Of a stretch of DNA of 64,000 nt, positions 60,184 to 64,000 are shown piece after piece; position 1 is the first letter of the stretch, and the number at the start of each line of letters is the position of its first letter. The stretch comes from Nitrosopumilus sp. (lineage in GTDB: Archaea > Thermoproteota > Nitrososphaeria > Nitrososphaerales > Nitrosopumilaceae). The notes beneath the pieces are model-generated. The model was not told the origin of the DNA. It saw nothing but the letters and a program-made list of their open reading frames with translations, and searched no databases. The stretch spans positions 512,001 through 576,000 of the forward strand of contig OZ241981.1 in the NCBI GenBank assembly GCA_965204345.1, read 5' to 3'. The position numbers and the translations under genes were made by a program.

Positions 60184-62005
60184 GGAAGACCTGAATGTCA
60201 TTTTGAGATGAAGAGTTATTCATCAGGGTGCGTGCAGTCTCAGAGCGTTTTGGTATCTTGATTTGGCCCTTTTTGCCAATTCGCACAGATGTCACAAAAC
60301 TTCCACTAGCATGAATGTCAGCATGCATTGAGGCAAAATCCCTATTGACAGTTAGCAGAAGAGCGGTTTTAGACTCTGAAAAACTAAACGGCAAATCATT
60401 AGTTGTTACAGATACATCCTCAAAAACCTTCTCAACAACGTCTATGTGAACTTGGAGTGATTTTTCGATTTCGTTTATGTTAGAGCCGCCCCGGCCAATG
60501 ATTGAAGCCATGTTTCTTGCATCAACCATGACCTTGACTCGGTTATCAGACAGGATTTCGACCTCGGCACGTGGATCATAGCGCCTAAAGACTTCACTGA
60601 TTTTGTCTTCTGCAAGCTTTTCTATTCCTATTTTTTCAGTATTTTTTCCAACGGGAACGATCACATTCTCCTCTCCAAACGTGTAGATTTCGTGCTCTAA
60701 AAGCCCATCATCAAAATTCTTGATCTCAATGACAGGTCTTGCAAGATCAGACTCTGTCATGCCGGTAGGTACTTTGACCTTTAATTCCAGATCATAGATT
60801 TTTTGAATTGTGCCATCTTTTACAAACACTACAGTATCCAAAACGTTGGGAATCATACCAAGTTCTATTTTTCCTATGAATCGCTGAACTGCATCCAATG
60901 GAGAATTTGCATGTATCACGCCTACCATGCCAACACCAGTTAATCGCAAATCAGCAAAAGTCCTAAAATCCTCACGCCGTCGGACCTCATCAAAGATGGT
61001 ATAATCGGGCCTGACAAGTAACAAAATATCAGCAGTGTTATCAAAACTTCCATCCAGCTTGCTATACTGCGTAATTCCCGAGTCTACCTGAAGATCACGC
61101 GGAGATTCAAATGTTTTAACAATTTTTCCCTGATTGTGATAAAAATTTGCCAGTCCGGATGCCAGAGTACTTTTTCCAGAGCCTGGGGCGCCAGAGATTA
61201 TGATTCCCTCAGCGTCATCAGAAAAACGTTTCATTAGTTTTTCTGAGATAGAGTAATCATCAAGGGATAATTTTACAATAGGATGAACTATGGTTATCTC
61301 AAAGGATTCAGAGAAGGGAGGAAAAGTAATGGCAATTCTATAGTCATGATGCTGTATTACATATGCGCCAGTCTTGGATATCTCCCGGGTTGTACCAGAA
61401 TCAGAAGCGGCAGCAAGATCTAAAATTTGGGATGAAACTAGTTCCAGATAATCCCTAGAGAGCAACTCATCTGAGAGCGCTTTTAATGCAAAAGATCCGG
61501 GCTTGCCTTTTTTTGCCAACGGATAGTTGTGCTCTTTTAGATGAACGCTCATGGTTTCAGGGTCAAAAAACTTGAGAAATTCAAGAGGCTTAGACAGAGT
61601 TCCAGATTTTAAAAGAACAGTCTCCACCCCTTCGGCCTGAGCTACCAAATGCTGGAGGTTATCAGAGGTGTACAAAACAGCATTATTTTGTTTGGCCATA
61701 TCAACAATTAATGCATCCAACCTTCCGCTTTCTGCAAGCTTGACATCATCAAAAGAAGGATGTATGCCAGATACGGCAATGCTTAGGCCGTGTGTTCCAG
61801 ACAGTGATTTGAGATGCTTGATTTTTTCCAGTCCAATAAATCCCTGCTCTTTTTTCTTTGATGCCTGTGACTGCAACTCATCAAATACTACCTGAGGAAT
61901 AATTATTTCGCAGTTACAAACAGAGCCGGATTCTATTTGGGCAATTAACTGTCCATTAATAATAACACTGGTATCAGATACAATTTTTGACAATGCAGTA
62001 ACCAA
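60170..62005 (-). CDS. PIN-domain ATPase with KH domain (PINA family)
   Basis: DTSVII PIN domain, GAPGSGKST, ESPRDL, RPDYTIFDE.R, IIGRGG KH motif. Confidence 0.92.
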   Translation of the reverse strand: MVTALSKIVSDTSVIINGQLIAQIESGSVCNCEIIIPQVVFDELQSQASKKKEQGFIGLEKIKHLKSLSGTHGLSIAVSGIHPSFDDVKLAESGRLDALIVDMAKQNNAVLYTSDNLQHLVAQAEGVETVLLKSGTLSKPLEFLKFFDPETMSVHLKEHNYPLAKKGKPGSFALKALSDELLSRDYLELVSSQILDLAAASDSGTTREISKTGAYVIQHHDYRIAITFPPFSESFEITIVHPIVKLSLDDYSISEKLMKRFSDDAEGIIISGAPGSGKSTLASGLANFYHNQGKIVKTFESPRDLQVDSGITQYSKLDGSFDNTADILLLVRPDYTIFDEVRRREDFRTFADLRLTGVGMVGVIHANSPLDAVQRFIGKIELGMIPNVLDTVVFVKDGTIQKIYDLELKVKVPTGMTESDLARPVIEIKNFDDGLLEHEIYTFGEENVIVPVGKNTEKIGIEKLAEDKISEVFRRYDPRAEVEILSDNRVKVMVDARNMASIIGRGGSNINEIEKSLQVHIDVVEKVFEDVSVTTNDLPFSFSESKTALLLTVNRDFASMHADIHASGSFVTSVRIGKKGQIKIPKRSETARTLMNNSSSQNDIQVFLKDF

Positions 62006-62318
62006 CAGGAATTACTCTAGTGCCCTAAATTACTTTTCTAAAATATCAGAAACTGCCTTTAAGACAGTTAAAGTCAAAGGGTTTTCAAATACAGATAGTT
62101 GATATCATCCAAACCTGATCAAAGCATTTAATCAAAAAGAGGGCTAAAAAACGACTTTTTATGCCATACTGCGATTAAAGGATAGCGGCATTTTCATTGA
62201 CAGCTCCAAAAATGGTGCCGCAGTATCGGACCTGCAAAGATTCCAGCTAAAGAAAACAGACACTTAGAGCCAAAATCCCTCACTCTCTTAAAAAAATGCA
62301 GGCATTGGAATGCACATT

Positions 62319-62456
62319 ATGGGCCAAGGAATCCAAAAAAACCAAGAGTTTTATGAGAACTGTGGCAAGTATTTTGAATTTTTACGCAAAACCGGCTCTA
62401 AAGACTATGAGTTTGAGGATGAATACTATTTTACCATGCCTGCAATTTCAAACTAG
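62319..62456 (+). CDS. 45-aa hypothetical protein (absent from the ORF track)
   Basis: MGQGIQKNQEFYENCGKYFEFLRKTGSKDYEFEDEYYFTMPAISN; co-oriented just upstream of tldD. Confidence 0.5.
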   Translation: MGQGIQKNQEFYENCGKYFEFLRKTGSKDYEFEDEYYFTMPAISN

Positions 62457-62497
62457 GCAACACAAGGTTTAGGAGTCTTAAAAATAATGAAAAAGGA

Positions 62498-63919
62498 ATG
62501 AACAGCACGCTTCAAGATTTTGCAGACAGTGCAATAAAATATGCAGAAACAAAGGGAGTCCGGTATTGTGACGTCAGGGCCGAAGAATATGAGAAAAAAT
62601 CAGCACTGTTAGAAGACAGCCAGATTGAACACATAAGGACAGAGAAGGACCGTGGAATAGGAATCAGAGTCATAAAGGAAGACGTGTGGAATTTTTGCTC
62701 AATTACCAACCCACAGTCATTTGAGCAAATCAAAGAAGAGATTGACAAACTAGTTAAAAATGCAACATATAATTCAAAAAACGAAAAAAACAGGATAGCA
62801 CTTTGCCCAAACAAAACAAGCAAGGCTAAAATTAACTTCCCGGTATTAAAGAATCCAGAACTAGAAGAGATTGTAAAGATAGGGCTTGAATGCAGCAAGA
62901 TAATTACAGATACGCCCAAAATCATCAAAGCCGTAACCAATCCCCATTATTTGATAAATTCAAAATATTTTGCAAGCAGTGAAGGCTCGGAAATTTTACA
63001 AAATTATACAGATGTTGTAATAGAGATGATTGCAACTGCCCACGAGTCAGGAGTAACCCAATCAATAAACATAACAGAAGGAGGCAGAGGAGGAACAGAG
63101 CAGATCACAGGCAAGGAAAAGGCCTTTCATAGTGCAAAAGAAATTGCCTCAAAGACATCACAGCTAGTAAATGCAAAGCATCCAAAAGATCAAAAAGCAA
63201 CAGTTGTAATGAACCCTGACTTTGTATCACTGCTTGCCCATGAGATACTAGGTCATCCATCAGAGGCAGACAGGGTATTAGGTAAAGAGATGGCATGGGC
63301 AGGAGGTGCATGGTGGAAAGGAAAGATTGGTGAGAAAATCGGCTCAGAGAATCTAAGCGTGTTTGATGACCCCACAATCAAAGGGAGTCTTGGATGGTAT
63401 TATTTTGATGATGAGGGAGTTCAAACCAAAAGAACGCCACTAGTCAAAGACGGAATACTAGTAAATCATATGCAAAACAGGGAGACAGGCAAAATATTCA
63501 ATTCTGCACCCACAGGAAACATGAGGGCAACAAACTATCGATTCATGCCTCTGATTCGCATGGCATGCACATGTATAGGGGGCGGGGATTGGAGGGTAGA
63601 AGACATGATAAAGGATGTTAAGGAAGGGTATCTGATATCAAATATGAAAGTTCCCTCAATTGACATGAAAAGATACAACTGGAGCATATCATGCCAATAC
63701 GCACAAAAGATTGAAAGGGGAGAGATCACGGACCTGCTGCGAGATGTGATCGTAATGGGAACCTCAATGGAATTTTTTGACTCAGTTGATGCATGTGGGA
63801 ATGACTTTACAGTAAGGCCAATAACAAATTGCGGGAAAGGTGATCCAATGCAATCGATGATCATGGGAAATGGCGGACCCACCATAAGGGGAACTGCAAC
63901 AGTCAAAGGCGTGAACTAA
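62498..63919 (+). CDS. tldD: TldD/PmbA-family metalloprotease
   Basis: HEILGHPSEADR, DDP...G.Y.FDDEG, TGNMRA, CGKG. Confidence 0.92.
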   Translation: MNSTLQDFADSAIKYAETKGVRYCDVRAEEYEKKSALLEDSQIEHIRTEKDRGIGIRVIKEDVWNFCSITNPQSFEQIKEEIDKLVKNATYNSKNEKNRIALCPNKTSKAKINFPVLKNPELEEIVKIGLECSKIITDTPKIIKAVTNPHYLINSKYFASSEGSEILQNYTDVVIEMIATAHESGVTQSINITEGGRGGTEQITGKEKAFHSAKEIASKTSQLVNAKHPKDQKATVVMNPDFVSLLAHEILGHPSEADRVLGKEMAWAGGAWWKGKIGEKIGSENLSVFDDPTIKGSLGWYYFDDEGVQTKRTPLVKDGILVNHMQNRETGKIFNSAPTGNMRATNYRFMPLIRMACTCIGGGDWRVEDMIKDVKEGYLISNMKVPSIDMKRYNWSISCQYAQKIERGEITDLLRDVIVMGTSMEFFDSVDACGNDFTVRPITNCGKGDPMQSMIMGNGGPTIRGTATVKGVN

Positions 63920-63921
63920 AA

Positions 63922-64000
63922 ATGAGGCAAAAATTAGAAACAGTCAAACAAAATGTCATAGAATGCACAAAGTGTGATTTATGCAAAACAAGAACAAACT
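63922..64000 (+). CDS. Probable family-4 uracil-DNA glycosylase (5' end only)
   Basis: MRQKLETVKQNVIECTKCDLCKTRTN contains the CxxCxL..TRT Fe-S motif. Confidence 0.6.
   Translation, partial: MRQKLETVKQNVIECTKCDLCKTRTN

Overview
Chromosomal window from an ammonia-oxidising archaeon (Nitrososphaerota/Thaumarchaeota, Nitrosopumilaceae-like), inferred from gene content and leaderless TATA promoters. Housekeeping genes include argS, a DRG GTPase, proS, smc, ino1, deoxyhypusine synthase, PINA, TldD, cofE, serB and trxB. Sulfur genes include sulfite reductase, rhodanese, thi4, cysteine synthase/TusA, egtB/egtD and a TauE exporter. Four AT-rich, decaying accessory islands interrupt this backbone (about 1-2 kb, 13.1-19.1 kb, 24.6-26.3 kb, 51.7-57.2 kb). 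Main observations: (1) A stress/dormancy cluster at about 41-51.7 kb (PII, TFB, Hsp20, three intact USPs plus one pseudogene, three CBS proteins, an HPF/RaiA-like protein, an APC permease). Its promoters share an 18-bp palindrome ATT(C/T/A)TCA-N4-TGA(G/T/A)AAT lying 40-41 bp upstream of eight start codons. (2) A tandem att-site array (B-O-P' / P-O-P' / P-O-B', core AAAAGAATCA) at the 3' end of tauE, carrying toxin-antitoxin/defence-like cargo but no integrase. (3) An intact three-gene operon with a Cys/His papain-like protein and a fused partner, behind an integrase relic. (4) A decayed second copy of ribosomal protein L11. (5) Low-complexity proteins: an H1-like KAAPKR protein, an Alba with a PEPT-repeat tail and a collagen of about 125 triplets. 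No rRNA, tRNA or CRISPR array was recognised. All family assignments come from motif recognition by eye, not database searches.
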